Assembly (NCBI GenBank): GCA_004431415.1
Contig: QPMI01000154.1
Coordinates: 1-64,000, forward strand
Length of the DNA: 64,000 bases
Direction: 5' to 3'
Source: Cyanophora paradoxa CCMP329
Taxonomy: Eukaryota; Plantae; Glaucophyta
The notes under the pieces were generated by a model. That model worked only from the letters and a program-made list of their open reading frames with translations. It was not told where the DNA came from and made no database searches. The position numbers were made by a program, and so were the translations under genes. Shown here one piece after another: positions 13,778 through 24,512 of this stretch (the stretch's first letter is position 1; each line of letters begins with the position of its first letter).

Positions 13778-14281
13778 TTACGCCCTGTTTTCAATTGGGA
13801 AATTAAGACGTAGAAAAGGCCAGTCTGCCTCTGCAGTGTGCTCAAGTAGATACTGATCTCGAGCTCTGGCTGCTTCCTCCGCTGTGGAGAAGCATCCAAC
13901 ATCGATTGTTTTTCTATTTTTGCCAATGGTAGCAACCCATCTGCTTTTCGATCTGTTGTAACTCACTCCAAGGAATCCGCTGGTGTTATTCGAATTCTTG
14001 TCTCGATGCATTCGGTGCTGCTGTTTTGTTACGAACTTTAGATTATCTCTGCGACAATCCAGTTTATCCCCGCTGACACAGAGGATGCTATGATCTGCAG
14101 GAGCTTTCCCCTTCACCAGATCTCTAAATTTCTTATGCCATCTCTCTTCAGGGTGGAATGCTACTGGATAGCCATTCGAGTCTATGTAGAACCTCAGACC
14201 AGAGAATTTCTCCTCGTCATCTTTCGAGATTAGCACTTAGTGCACTGTGTTTGGTGTCTTCACCTGAATTGCAGAGTCCAT
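13778..14281 (-). CDS. Degenerate HNH + AP2 protein (copy 1; in-frame TAA near 14238)
   Basis: NNTSGFLGVSY...RWVA...VGCFSTAEEAARARD is an AP2 domain. Confidence 0.75.
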
Positions 14282-14349
14282 GTATCTTCCTTTCGATAAT
14301 ATAAGAGATTGTGTTCTCTTTATGTCATACACACCCCTCATATTAAACC

Positions 14350-14664
14350 GGGAATTTCTAGTGCGGCCTCTCAGTGGACACTAGAATGCCTAAGCTCATA
14401 CCCTAAAGTGAATTCCCAATCAGCCTCAAAGGCTCTCCCGTTAGCTACCTCCTCGAAGCTAAATCGAATTTTATTTTTCAACCCCTAAGGTACCCACGCA
14501 CACGCCCTCCGGCACGTAATAGCAGAGGGAAACGTGTAAAACGATTTTGGTACACGCACGGCAAAATCAGATCGATCTAGTGAGGGGAAGACGCTAAATA
14601 CCCATGGAACCGCGGCCCGGAGCGAAGCGAAGTGGCCGTAAGCGGGGTCCATGGGTGTACAACA
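14350..14664. repeat. Right terminal inverted repeat of copy 1 (315 bp)
   Basis: Matches 37535-37848 except one G; reverse complement of 15662-15991 apart from the differences described in the findings. Confidence 0.95.
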
Positions 14665-14797
14665 GAAGAGCCGGACCTGGATGCGCAGGAGTGTGATGAC
14701 TCAGTGAGAGGGTTTATATGTATATGTACATGTACATGCAAAAGAAGCCTAATATTTAGAAAAACCGAAATGAGAGCAGCGGATATCGATCGCGAAC

Positions 14798-15388
14798 CGC
14801 GCGGCCGCCAAACTCGGCGTTCGTGTCGTGCACGCCCGTGTCGATGACGTAGATGTCCACTCCCGTGCCGACGGCCGTGCCGCGGTCGAAGCGCCCGTCC
14901 AGCGTCATACCGCCCGTCGTTTGGTCGAGCCTGCGCAGGGCCGCCGGAACCGCGCATCAGAATTCGAACATGGACATACATATGCATATAGCAAAGCCGA
15001 TCATGATACATGCATGTACAGGGCCGACGCACCGGTCCAGGTGCCACGCGAGCGGCCCCGGGGGTACAGATGGGACCGTCCCGTTGTAACGCGGCTTCGA
15101 CAGCACAGTCTCGGGGCCCGTTCCTTGGAAGTTCATGTCGCGCGAGAGTTTGGTTATGCTGAAGTCGAGAGTGGGGTACAGTGTCTCCGTCAGAATCGCG
15201 TATCCGTACTTCTGCCCCCCCGTCTGCGCCGGCACCACGACCTGCACGCCCAGCCCGCCGTCAGCGCGGATCCGGAGTGCCCGGCCTCGAGCGCGGCTCG
15301 CGATCGCGATCCATCGCGCACGCCGTCGGGGGCGACGAACTTGACGCGATCGTGCGCCTCCAGCTCCGCCTTCACCGCCGGCGAGAGG
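14798..15388 (-). CDS. Host S8 subtilisin (proteinase K-like), internal exons 15388-15322, 15241-15033, 14930-14798
   Basis: GT/AG-spliced in-frame translation LSPAVKAELEAHDRVKFVAPDG...WHLDRLDQ...GVDIYVIDTGVHDTNAEFGGRA contains the catalytic Asp motif DTG. Confidence 0.9.
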
Positions 15389-15655
15389 CTGCAAAGGGGC
15401 GCACGCGATTGTGATCGTGAGGGCTCGGGGAAGGAGGGGGTGAGACGGGAAAAACATCGGGGGGGGGGGGGCGCAGGGGGTATGGGAGGGGGGAGGGGAG
15501 GTGGCCGGAGCAGGATCATGGTCGGGAGATATCGTGATCATAAAGCGGGGTGGTGGGGGGGGGGGGTTGGGGGGTGGGGGGGGGTGGGGGGCGGGGAGGG
15601 GGTGGGCGGGGAGGGGCGGGAGGGGAGGGGGAGGAGGGGAAGGGGTGGGAAGGGG

Positions 15656-15661
15656 GAGGGG
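15656..15661 (+). repeat. Left target-site duplication GAGGGG
   Basis: Same hexamer at 37849-37854; both directly abut the TIRs. Confidence 0.9.
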
Positions 15662-15991
15662 TGTTGTACACCCATGGACCCCGCTTACGGCCACTTCGCT
15701 TCGCTCCGGGCCGCGGTTCCATCCACATTTAGCGTCTTCCCCTCACTAGATCGATCTGATTTTGCCGTGCGTGTACCAAAATCGTTTTACACGTTTCCCT
15801 CTGCTATTACGTGCCGGAGGGCGTGTGCGTGGGTACCTTAGGGGTTGAAAAATAAAATTCGATTTAGCTTCGAGGAGGTAGCTAACGGGAGAGCCTTTGA
15901 GGCTGATTGGGAATTCACTTTAGGGTATGAGCTTAGGCATTCTAGTGTCCACTGAGAGGCCATCTTGGCTGCCGCCGCACTAGAAATTCCC
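15662..15991. repeat. Left terminal inverted repeat (330 bp)
   Basis: Reverse complement of 37535-37848 apart from a 4-nt substitution (15723-15726), a 15-nt insert (15962-15976) and one extra C. Confidence 0.95.
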
Positions 15992-16195
15992 TCACCCCGT
16001 CCGCCACTGTGCCAGATATCGTAGTACGTTTGTGCAGGAAGATGTATACGTATATAAATACGGATACGTATACGCAGATGTATAGCTACGAGAGCACACT
16101 CGAACTACTCATCGTCATCGTCCTCCTCCTCCGCTCAGTAATAACAGCTCTGAGAATTGACTTGGCATGAGGTCAGCGGTCACGTGCCGCGTGCC

Positions 16196-16425
16196 AGGAT
16201 CTTACAGACAGCTGTGAGAAGATGATTGGACATGGCTGTGAACTCAACGACTAAGAAAACGGTCGGTTCAGCTCCACTTCGCAGCCAGCTAGCGCTGCAG
16301 GCTGCAGCTACAGCATTATATTAATAGCAATAGGATCTTACAGACAGCTGTGAGAAGATGATTGGACATGGCTGTGAACTCAACGACTAAAAAAACGGTC
16401 GGTTCAGCTCCACTTCGCAGCCAGC
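16196..16425 (+). repeat. 94-bp direct repeat pair (16196-16289, 16332-16425) in the non-coding control region
   Basis: AGGATCTTACAGACAGCTG...CTTCGCAGCCAGC occurs twice with one mismatch. Confidence 0.9.
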
Positions 16426-17132
16426 GCTAGTTTTTATAGTTGTTTAGAACAAACGTTAATTTTGCGAGTGAAAATAAAAAATAAAAGATTTAGCAGTGTA
16501 AGTTTATCTCAAATTAAACTTGAACGTTTATTTTAAAACTTTTGCATCTAAATTTTAAAACTTTTTAAAACTTTTGCATCTATATATATGAAAAATTAAG
16601 TCATTAATTAGTTTTCATTAGACCGTGTTCGTGTTCGCCCCGGCTGTGAAGTGGACCCAACCGTCCTTCTTTTTTCGTCTACAGCTTTGCAGCCGCGACC
16701 AATACCGTCATTGCGTACCTCAAGAAGCTATAGAGATCTATAGAGTCTACTCGGAGTCTAGTACAGACCGTCGGACTATGAGTCTATGATACTATGATAC
16801 GTACTGTAGGGCGTACTACGGTACTACGGTAGTGTATCACTGTCTGACTGACTCTAGTACTACTCGGGACTCTAGTCGCGGGAGTCGCCGAGTCGGGACT
16901 CGGGAGACCGGGTAAATCGAAGTGCACCATGAATGCATATAACGCCAAATGTTACCCGTATGTGATATATTCCTACTGACCCGGTACGATTGCCCGATCA
17001 AATGCCCGGAGTGAAACCGGTCGGCCAGGATACTAGTCCGCTCTCTTTGGGGTACGCCGCGATTCCGCGGCCGAGAATGACTTAAAGATATCACGAATGT
17101 ATAGAATAACAAGGCACAGGAAGGCTAAACAG

Positions 17133-17660
17133 ATGGAGATCGAAATTCCCAATGGAGCGATTGCAATTCCAATTTATGGGCGAAATGGAATAGTAGCACA
17201 GTCTTTCATATCAGCAGCTGATGCTGAACTAATTAATGGGAAACGTTGGAATCTTAGAAATGGTTATGCTCAATGTCATATCTTTGTAAATGGAAAGAAA
17301 ACAAAAACAACAATGCACCAGTTGATCGTAGGATCGGTCAATCCAGGGTTCTCTATTGATCACATAAATTGTAATAAACTGGATAACAGGCGTGAGAATC
17401 TCCGCCTGGCTACAAATCAGCAGCAACAACTAAATCATGTGCTTCAAAAGAATAATTCAAGTGGATTTGTAGGAGTGAGCTATTACAAGTCTGTGAATAA
17501 ATGGCGAGCTTGTTTCCAAATAAATGGACACAACAAACACATTGGGTATTTCTCTAGTGCAGAAGAAGCCGCTAAAGCTCGTGATCTGTTTGCTATTCAA
17601 AATGTAAATGAGACAGACAGAATGTTTCTACGACTTAATTTCCCAGAATCTCTAAATTAA
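17133..17660 (+). CDS. HNH-AP2 endonuclease 1
   Basis: MHQLI...DHINCNKLDNRRENLR; NNSSGFVGVSY...KWRA...HIGYFSSAEEAAKARD. Confidence 0.9.
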   Translation: MEIEIPNGAIAIPIYGRNGIVAQSFISAADAELINGKRWNLRNGYAQCHIFVNGKKTKTTMHQLIVGSVNPGFSIDHINCNKLDNRRENLRLATNQQQQLNHVLQKNNSSGFVGVSYYKSVNKWRACFQINGHNKHIGYFSSAEEAAKARDLFAIQNVNETDRMFLRLNFPESLN

Positions 17661-18090
17661 TAGAGTTGGATAATCAAAGGACTTCTTTGGCTTGGAGCCG
17701 CTTTTTTTTCGACTTCGAACCTGCAGCCGGAGCCATCGAGCTCTATAAAAAATAAGGTCGATAGCTGGACTTCGCGAAACGTCAAGACACTTTGGCTCTA
17801 GCCAATCACAGGCCGAGTTCCGAGCAGATGCAAAGGATCCTCGAGCTGCGATTGGCTGGAAGTGAGAACTTTGTCCAGCGATCTCTTGACTTGGCGAGAG
17901 CAAGAAATCGAGCGCACTCGAGAGCTATCTCACTCTATCCTTTCCAAGCCAGAGTCACAGTGCAGGCTTGTCCTAGCCATCGGAACGTTTTTATTTACAC
18001 CCCTTAAAGAAAACGCGATGATAGTTATCAATCAGAGATTGTGCGCGCTGAATTTCGAAAAAGTTTTCTGATTGTATCATTAATCGAAAC

Positions 18091-21000
18091 ATGAGCTCCC
18101 GAGCCGTAAGAGCTAGCCTTAGAACCGAAATCAACGAGCTTGCACAGAGGCTGTATGAGCGAGGCTACATTAATGCAACGTATAGGAACTCGCTACTGCG
18201 GCCTCTTTCAAACACCAGGACCCACACTGACACACTCCGATCCTCTCTAGCATCACTGCTCAGGCTGCAGGGGACAGAAAGGCCTCAGCGTCCGCTGTAC
18301 GGGCGAGACGTTGCCGCTCATTTTGAGAGGGCGCAGGCTGCGCGAGCAGCAGCAACACAGGAGATTGATGAAGTTGCGGAAGCTATATCAGGGCTATTCC
18401 GCGAGCAGGCATCGGCCAACGTTAACGTAGTTCGCACCTATACTCACCACGAGTATCCAGGGCTGCTTTTCACGAAGGACATTATAGAGATAGAGCCGAC
18501 AGCTGATCCAGAGAGAGTGAAAGAATTGACGATAGCGTTTCTGAATGAGCTGCGAATCCCAGAGAGGATTGGAGCTGCTGTTTTAATTCGCTTTCATTTT
18601 GAGAATTTCCACATGTACCGCACGCAGCTTGCGACCATAGAGGAGGGCACGATGCAGTCACTTCTAGCAAATCTCGCGGAGAAGATGGAGAGTTGGATGC
18701 TAGCGCAGCAGCCCTACGAGGACACTGATGTCTGGCCAGTCGTGCAGATCGAGGTGCTTATCGCAGAAAACGCAGCAGGGGCTCTGGGAAATGTACCTAA
18801 GCTGCCCTTTGGAGGGAAGGCTCTAACGATGAACAAGATCTACTGTCCGATCTCTCCAGAGGACAACTGCGTGCTTGAATGCTTTGAGCATGAGAAGCTC
18901 AATCCCGGTCGCCTGAACCTTGAGAGAGTATATAAGAAGCTTCAGCATGTTGATTACAGTTCAATTCGCACACAGCTGGGGCTTCCACGGGGCCTAATTG
19001 TAGTCGATGAACCTACCATACGCAAGCTGAGCCAGCACTATAGAATCGATGCAAGCATTTTCGAGTGGGTCTCGGACCGCAGCGCGTCGAAGTTCAAGCT
19101 CCTATTTTCAACTGAATTTGGCTTTGAACGCCGAGCCCACCTTTGCGTGGTCGATGCGCACTGCTTTCTAATTAAAGATAAGAGAACGTGCGAGATGCAG
19201 AAGTGCAGAGCCTGCGGAAAGATGCAGTATGATTTGGCGACTCACAAGGAAACCTGCCGCTTCTGCTATACCTGCCGCTGCGCCTACAATCCGAAGGAGG
19301 ACCATGCAAGCAAATGCGATGAAGCAGTGAGGAACAAGAGCGTTATTGAACGCAAAATCAAGCCATGCGAGCCCGAGGAAGAGTTTACAGCCCTAAACTC
19401 AGTCATAGCGGCAGACTTTGAAACGTTTGCACCCAACCGCACGACCCACGTTCCGTACGCAGTCGATATGGACATAATAAGCAAAGGAGAGATCACGGAA
19501 ACGAAATCGTTCTGCGGCCCCGAAACTCTGGAACAGTTTATGCTCTGGCTTGACGACTGGAAAGAAAAGTCGACTCTAGTATTCTTCAATGGCAGCGGCT
19601 TCGACTTGATATTTATCTATAAGTGGCTTGTCCAGAACCGCCCAGACTGCCAGGTCAAGGTGATGCGCTCATCCGGAAAGATCAAGAGCATGGAGTGGAA
19701 GACGCTGGCTGGGGAGAGTTTAAAAGCTTTGACCCCTGTTTGCACATACAGGGCTCACTGCGGCAGGCTGGGAAGGACTACGGGTGCACCACCTTGAAAG
19801 GGGATTTTGACCACCGAAAGATAAGAGCGTGGGATGACGTTGAGATTCACAAGGAAGCCTGGAGCGAATATTTGAGAGCTGACGTTCGGTCGATGACTGA
19901 GCTGTATATTAAGTACGCTCGGACATGTTTTGATCTATTTGGGATCAATGTGAATTCGAAGCGCACCTTGACAGCATCGGCGATGGCTTTTCAGATCCAC
20001 AGGCAGCTGATGAAAACGGAAGTGCTGCTACCGAAATACAAGGAGGACCAGATTTTTCGCAAAGCGATTTACGGAGGGCGATGCCTACCATTCAAGCGGA
20101 AGTTTGTCTCGAAGGGTCCAGATGATTACTTGGTAGATCTGGATGTGGTCTCTCTCTATCCGACGGCTATGTACTTTAATTACTTTCCCACTGGTAAATT
20201 CAAATGCATCACCGATCAAGCGGAGCTAGAGCGATTCCGCAAGTTTATGCTGAGCAGGAAAATGGAACAGCTGTTTGTTGCAAAGATTAGCGCTAAAATT
20301 CCTCAGGATCTTGTGCTCTCTCCCTTCCCCGCCACGAAGCCAATCTGGGATGGTCTAACTTGAAGCCTATTGAGAAAGAAATGTACACCTCAGTCGATAT
20401 CTACCGGGCAATAGCACTGGGAGTTGAGATCACAGAGCTGCACGAGGTGTACTTGTTTGAGGGCAAGGAACGAATGTTCAAAGATTACATTGAGAAGCTG
20501 TACTGCATGAAAGCACGCTCACGAAAGGGGACCGCCCAGTATGCTACGGCGAAGATCCTCTTGAATGGGCTCTATGGAAAATTTGCTCAGCGTCCAGTAA
20601 TTGAGACAACCGAGCTGGTCTCAAACTACAGACGATTCAAGGAGATACAGCGATCATCGACGATTACAGACATTGACATAGAGAATGATACGAGAATGTA
20701 CGTCACATTTGAGATCCCTGAGTATAGGCGGGATGCCTGCGTTTCGAAGCCTTGCTTTGTTGGTGCATTTATCCTCTCCTACAGCCGCGAAATCATGGAT
20801 CGATTTTTGGTGAGGATGAACTCATATAAGGACGTAGAGGCAATGCCATACTACACAGATACAGATTCTATGATCGTGCACAGGAGGTTTGCTGAGCTTC
20901 TGAAGGACTGCATGAAGCAGCCATATTCAGTTGAGGGAATGTCAGAGGAGGAAGGGAATAGAATGATCTGCGAGAGCGAGCTGGGGAAACTAGATTATGA

Positions 21001-21463
21001 CATCCAAGGGAGAATTACTGAGGCTTACTTCATTGGCCCAAAGGTTTATTGCTGCTACTTTGTGAGGTCGAATGGGGAACCAGATCTGCATGTGCGGGCA
21101 AAGGGAATTCCGAAGAGCTGGATAGAGGAGAACTGGCTCCCGAGTGATCCAGTGGCAAAGAAGGAATCCCTTGATAACCGAATTGCTTTGGAGGCCTTCA
21201 CAAGGATGCTAGAGGAACGTTATCAGCCGCAGTGCACACTAGATTCTAAACTAGCGCGTGTTTTCAAGCCCAATGGAAAGCAACGCGATGCTGGGATCGA
21301 CTTCAGCTCTATAATTCAGATTCCATTCAGCCGAATACTCAACAAAACGGAGTATACGAAACGAAAGATTATTCCTGACGAATATTACAGCACGGTTCCC
21401 CATGAATACGTTCGAGCAACAGGCGGCAGCCAAGAAGGCAACCTTGACTTTGTCGATCTCTGA
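18091..21463 (+). CDS. polB: Protein-primed family B DNA polymerase (pPolB); frameshifts near 19710 and 20330
   Basis: Exonuclease motifs ADFET, FNGSGFD, YLRADV; polymerase motifs YGGR, DVVSLYP, KILLNGLYGKFAQ, YTDTDS, KVY, AKGI. Confidence 0.95.
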
Positions 21464-22618
21464 TGCTTACTATGATCCTGAGACAGGGCTCCAGTCAGCT
21501 GCACGGATAGCTAAGAAGCTGAAGATGCCGCTGGCAAGGGTGCAGGCAGTGCTCGCGAAGCTGTCCACAGCTCAGCGCTTTGCAAAACCGGTGAAAGAGA
21601 AGCCGTACACCAGTATCACGTATAATCACCCAGAGAAGTATTATGAAGTGGATTTGATCGATGTCAGTCCCTATGCTAGAAGCAACCGCGGAGTGCACTT
21701 CATCATGAACGCTGTGGATGTTGTAACCCGGAAAGCGTACAGCATCCCAATGAAAATAAAAGCGAGGGGACCCTGCTTTCGACACTGCGGCAGCTCATAG
21801 CAAGCTTTCCGGTGAAGCCCGATATCATTCAGACGGATCAGGAATTCAAGGCTACAGCTGCAACTATGCTAGCAGCCGAGGGGATAAAGCACAATGCTGT
21901 CGAGGCGCATCGTCCGCAGGCAAATGGAAAGGTAGAGCGCTTTAATGGTACTCTGAAGCGGATCATTGCAAGATACATGGAGGCGTACGACACCGACCGA
22001 TATATCGATAAGCTGCCATCCTTTCTGCGCAACTATAACAGCTCCGAGCATAGAGCTATTAAAACTACGCCTGATGAGGCAGCAAAGAACCCAGCACCTG
22101 TTATTGCAAGAAACGATTATCAGAGAGAGGCGTACGAGCAGCAGCACTATCTGAAAGAGGCCGAGTTCAAGGTAGGAGACTCTGTGCGCGTAAAGCTGGC
22201 GAGGAACACGTTTGATAAATCGACGAAGCCGACGTACTCAAAAGAAGTCTATCAGATTGAAGCTATAGGAGGATTTGGCCCTCTGCTCAAGTTCAAGCTT
22301 GCTGGATACGACAAGGAGGTGAGCTACCAGCAGCTGCTGAAAGTGCCAGCAGAGACAGAGCAGCGGCGGGCTGGAAGTGCTGCACAGAATGCCCTTCGCC
22401 GTCGAAAGCAGGAGCTGAATTTGATGCAAGAGAATCTGGACAAGTCAGACATCGAAAAAAATAAGAGACTTCTCCGGGTTCAAAAGCAGCTGCTTACTGC
22501 TGGAACCAAGGCGTTAAATCCAGGAGGTTCGACAGCTCGGTGGTACACGTCTTTTGAAAATGCGAAGGCCTCTTATTCTGCGCCCAGCAACACGAGGACA
22601 CTTAGACCGAGACGCTGA
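21402..22618 (+). CDS. int: Retroviral-type (rve) DDE integrase; frameshift near 21770
   Basis: EVDLID, AVDVVTRKAY, QTDQEF, NGKVERFNGTLK, YNSSEHRAIKTTP and FKVGDSVRV are typical of Polinton integrases. Confidence 0.93.
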
Positions 22619-22880
22619 TTCCAGCGGAAGCTAGGGCACTCTCAAGTACAGAGATTCGATTTATCAACCGAGTGCGATAGCGCTTGTTTGCCTCGTTGTG
22701 AGCATCTTTGTGCGAAGCCTGATATCTGCTGCTCTGCTCAATGTGTCTCTGGCGATATGCAGGGTCCTCGCTGTATTTTCTGCGGTGGTACTCTGCTTTC
22801 TTCTCCCTTCTTGCTTGAATAATCTCTGGCGTAAGAGCAATCGGTTTGCGCCCTGGTTTGCGACGCTGCGCTGACTCCAT
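22602..22880 (-). CDS. Small basic putative DNA-binding protein (AT-hook-like plus bZIP-like)
   Basis: RKPGRKP; HNEANKRYRTRLINRISVLESAL. Confidence 0.6.
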   Translation of the reverse strand: MESAQRRKPGRKPIALTPEIIQARREKKAEYHRRKYSEDPAYRQRHIEQSSRYQASHKDAHNEANKRYRTRLINRISVLESALASAGISVSV

Positions 22881-22967
22881 TTCCCTCTTTCATTTAAGGA
22901 TCTAAATTATTTAAGCGGTATAAATCGCGCTAGAATCACGAGATTTATTTCTATCTTTTAAAGCATC

Positions 22968-23303
22968 ATGGAATCGCCGCTGCGCCTGACAATACTGAGA
23001 ATTGGGAAATACAAAGGGCATACACACCTTGAAGTTGCTTTCAGAGATCCATCATATGCTCACTGGTTGTGTCGATGGGCCAGGCTAAGTGATTATGATC
23101 GCGCTCAGTTTGTCAAGGCATCTAAGCTAATCCGAGAGACAAAACCAGACATTATGTGGGGATTGTACAAAAAAGAAAGAGCTGCTAGGATTGCTCAGGC
23201 TGCAGCCCAAAATTCTACGCAGCCACAAAATGTGGAGTTATCACCAGCAGATGACCTTGATCTGGACTTATCGATATCAGAGGCGGATGGGCCGGGCTTT
23301 TGA
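22968..23303 (+). CDS. Small protein with GKYKG...DPSY..W motif (DUF3820/ExoX C-terminal-like)
   Basis: IGKYKGHTHLEVAFRDPSYAHWL. Confidence 0.65.
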   Translation: MESPLRLTILRIGKYKGHTHLEVAFRDPSYAHWLCRWARLSDYDRAQFVKASKLIRETKPDIMWGLYKKERAARIAQAAAQNSTQPQNVELSPADDLDLDLSISEADGPGF

Positions 23304-23353
23304 ACTCTGAACTAGGCTTAAAGAGATCGCAATCTCAGATTGTAAAGAAAGAC

Positions 23354-23923
23354 ATGGAAGTCACAATTCCAGAGGTTCCTGAAGGCGCTGTAGCAATCCC
23401 GCTTGGTGGAATTCGCAATCGCCGCAAAGTCATCATTGCTTATGCTCTTGTTTCACAGGAAGATGCTGATCGTGTGCTTGGATTTCGCTGGAGTTTAGAT
23501 AATGGATACGCCAAAACCATCATCAATGGTAAGAAGGTAAGAATGCATAATTTCATCAGTGGCGAGTTGGAGAATGGTTTAACTGTTGATCATATAAATC
23601 TGAACAAACTTGATAATAGACGCGAAAATTTTCGACTGGCAACAAAGCGGCAGCAGACTCTAAACCAGAATCGGCGGGTCACAAACACCAGCGGTTTCAT
23701 TGGTGTTTCATTCAATCAGCAGCTTGGTAAATGGAAAGCATACTATCAGATAAACGGACATCGGAAACACATCGGCTACTATACTACTGCTGAAGCTGCT
23801 GCTAAAGCCAGAGACACCTATGCCCTTCATCATACGTCCGCCGAGGATAAGCCATTTCTGCATCTGAATTTTACAACCGAATCCTCTGGCCACCCATCGC
23901 ATTCTTCATCTGCGACCCAGTAA
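23354..23923 (+). CDS. HNH-AP2 endonuclease 2
   Basis: DHINLNKLDNRREN; NTSGFIGV...KWKA...HIGYYTTAEAAAKARD. Confidence 0.9.
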   Translation: MEVTIPEVPEGAVAIPLGGIRNRRKVIIAYALVSQEDADRVLGFRWSLDNGYAKTIINGKKVRMHNFISGELENGLTVDHINLNKLDNRRENFRLATKRQQTLNQNRRVTNTSGFIGVSFNQQLGKWKAYYQINGHRKHIGYYTTAEAAAKARDTYALHHTSAEDKPFLHLNFTTESSGHPSHSSSATQ

Positions 23924-24503
23924 CATTTGGCTCGAAAACATTTGGAGTTGCAGGTTTTACTTCGGCAGAGTCAAGCGATTGCTCGGCTTTAGCTTTTTCG
24001 TTTTTCAGATACCGCAAATCCGGCACGTCCATGGGTCTGTGCTTAAACATCTCGCTTCGCAACATCTCGCGGATCTTAGCTCTTTCTTGCTTATCTTTTA
24101 CATATGATTCGATATTAGCCGACCTCGCTTCTAGATCACGCAATTTGGCAGCCAACTCGTCAATCTGACTTTTTGACACTGTTGCTGTCTTGATTTTCGG
24201 CCCTGAATAACGTGGTTCAGACGCCATGGCTTGGATAATTCTAGCAGCATCATCATCAATATCGTACTGCATTTCAGATACAGTTTTGACCTGGCTTTGT
24301 CGGTCGTCAACCGCACTGGCATTAGCTGCTGCCGAGGCGATCGTTTTAGCAACGGGTGCATTAAGACGTGGGTCACTAGCTAGTTCACCGCTAGGAGCAG
24401 CAACAGCTGCGCCCTCTGTCGCACCACTTTCGATGAGAGGGGCGTTTGGCTCTGGGAGCACCCTTCGTTCACGAAAACCCTTTCTTGGAATCCCACGTGG
24501 CAT
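23871..24503 (-). CDS. Hypothetical 210-aa viral protein with a coiled-coil segment
   Basis: Intact ORF directly downstream of the ATPase; basic N-terminus. Confidence 0.75.
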   Translation of the reverse strand: MPRGIPRKGFRERRVLPEPNAPLIESGATEGAAVAAPSGELASDPRLNAPVAKTIASAAANASAVDDRQSQVKTVSEMQYDIDDDAARIIQAMASEPRYSGPKIKTATVSKSQIDELAAKLRDLEARSANIESYVKDKQERAKIREMLRSEMFKHRPMDVPDLRYLKNEKAKAEQSLDSAEVKPATPNVFEPNVTGSQMKNAMGGQRIRL

Positions 24504-24512
24504 CTTCTGTTC

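Larger units (their letters stand above)
1..14664 (+). mobile_element. Integrated Polinton-like virus, copy 1 (right ~14.7 kb; left part outside the window)
   Basis: Near-identical and colinear with ~23077-37848. Ends in the same TIR (...GGGTGTACAACA at 14664), followed by host GAAGAG. Confidence 0.95.

Noticed and set aside
1-14664. Copy 1 as an assembly duplicate or tandem concatemer of copy 2
   Set aside because: It has a different right flank, ~1 kb of unique host exons separates the copies, and there are synonymous-biased substitutions.
15959-15968. YY1-like site GCCATCTTGG in the left TIR insert
   Set aside because: A short match with no evidence that this protist has YY1.
16196-16425. 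CRISPR-like array
   Set aside because: Only two 94-bp repeats, no spacer series and no cas genes.
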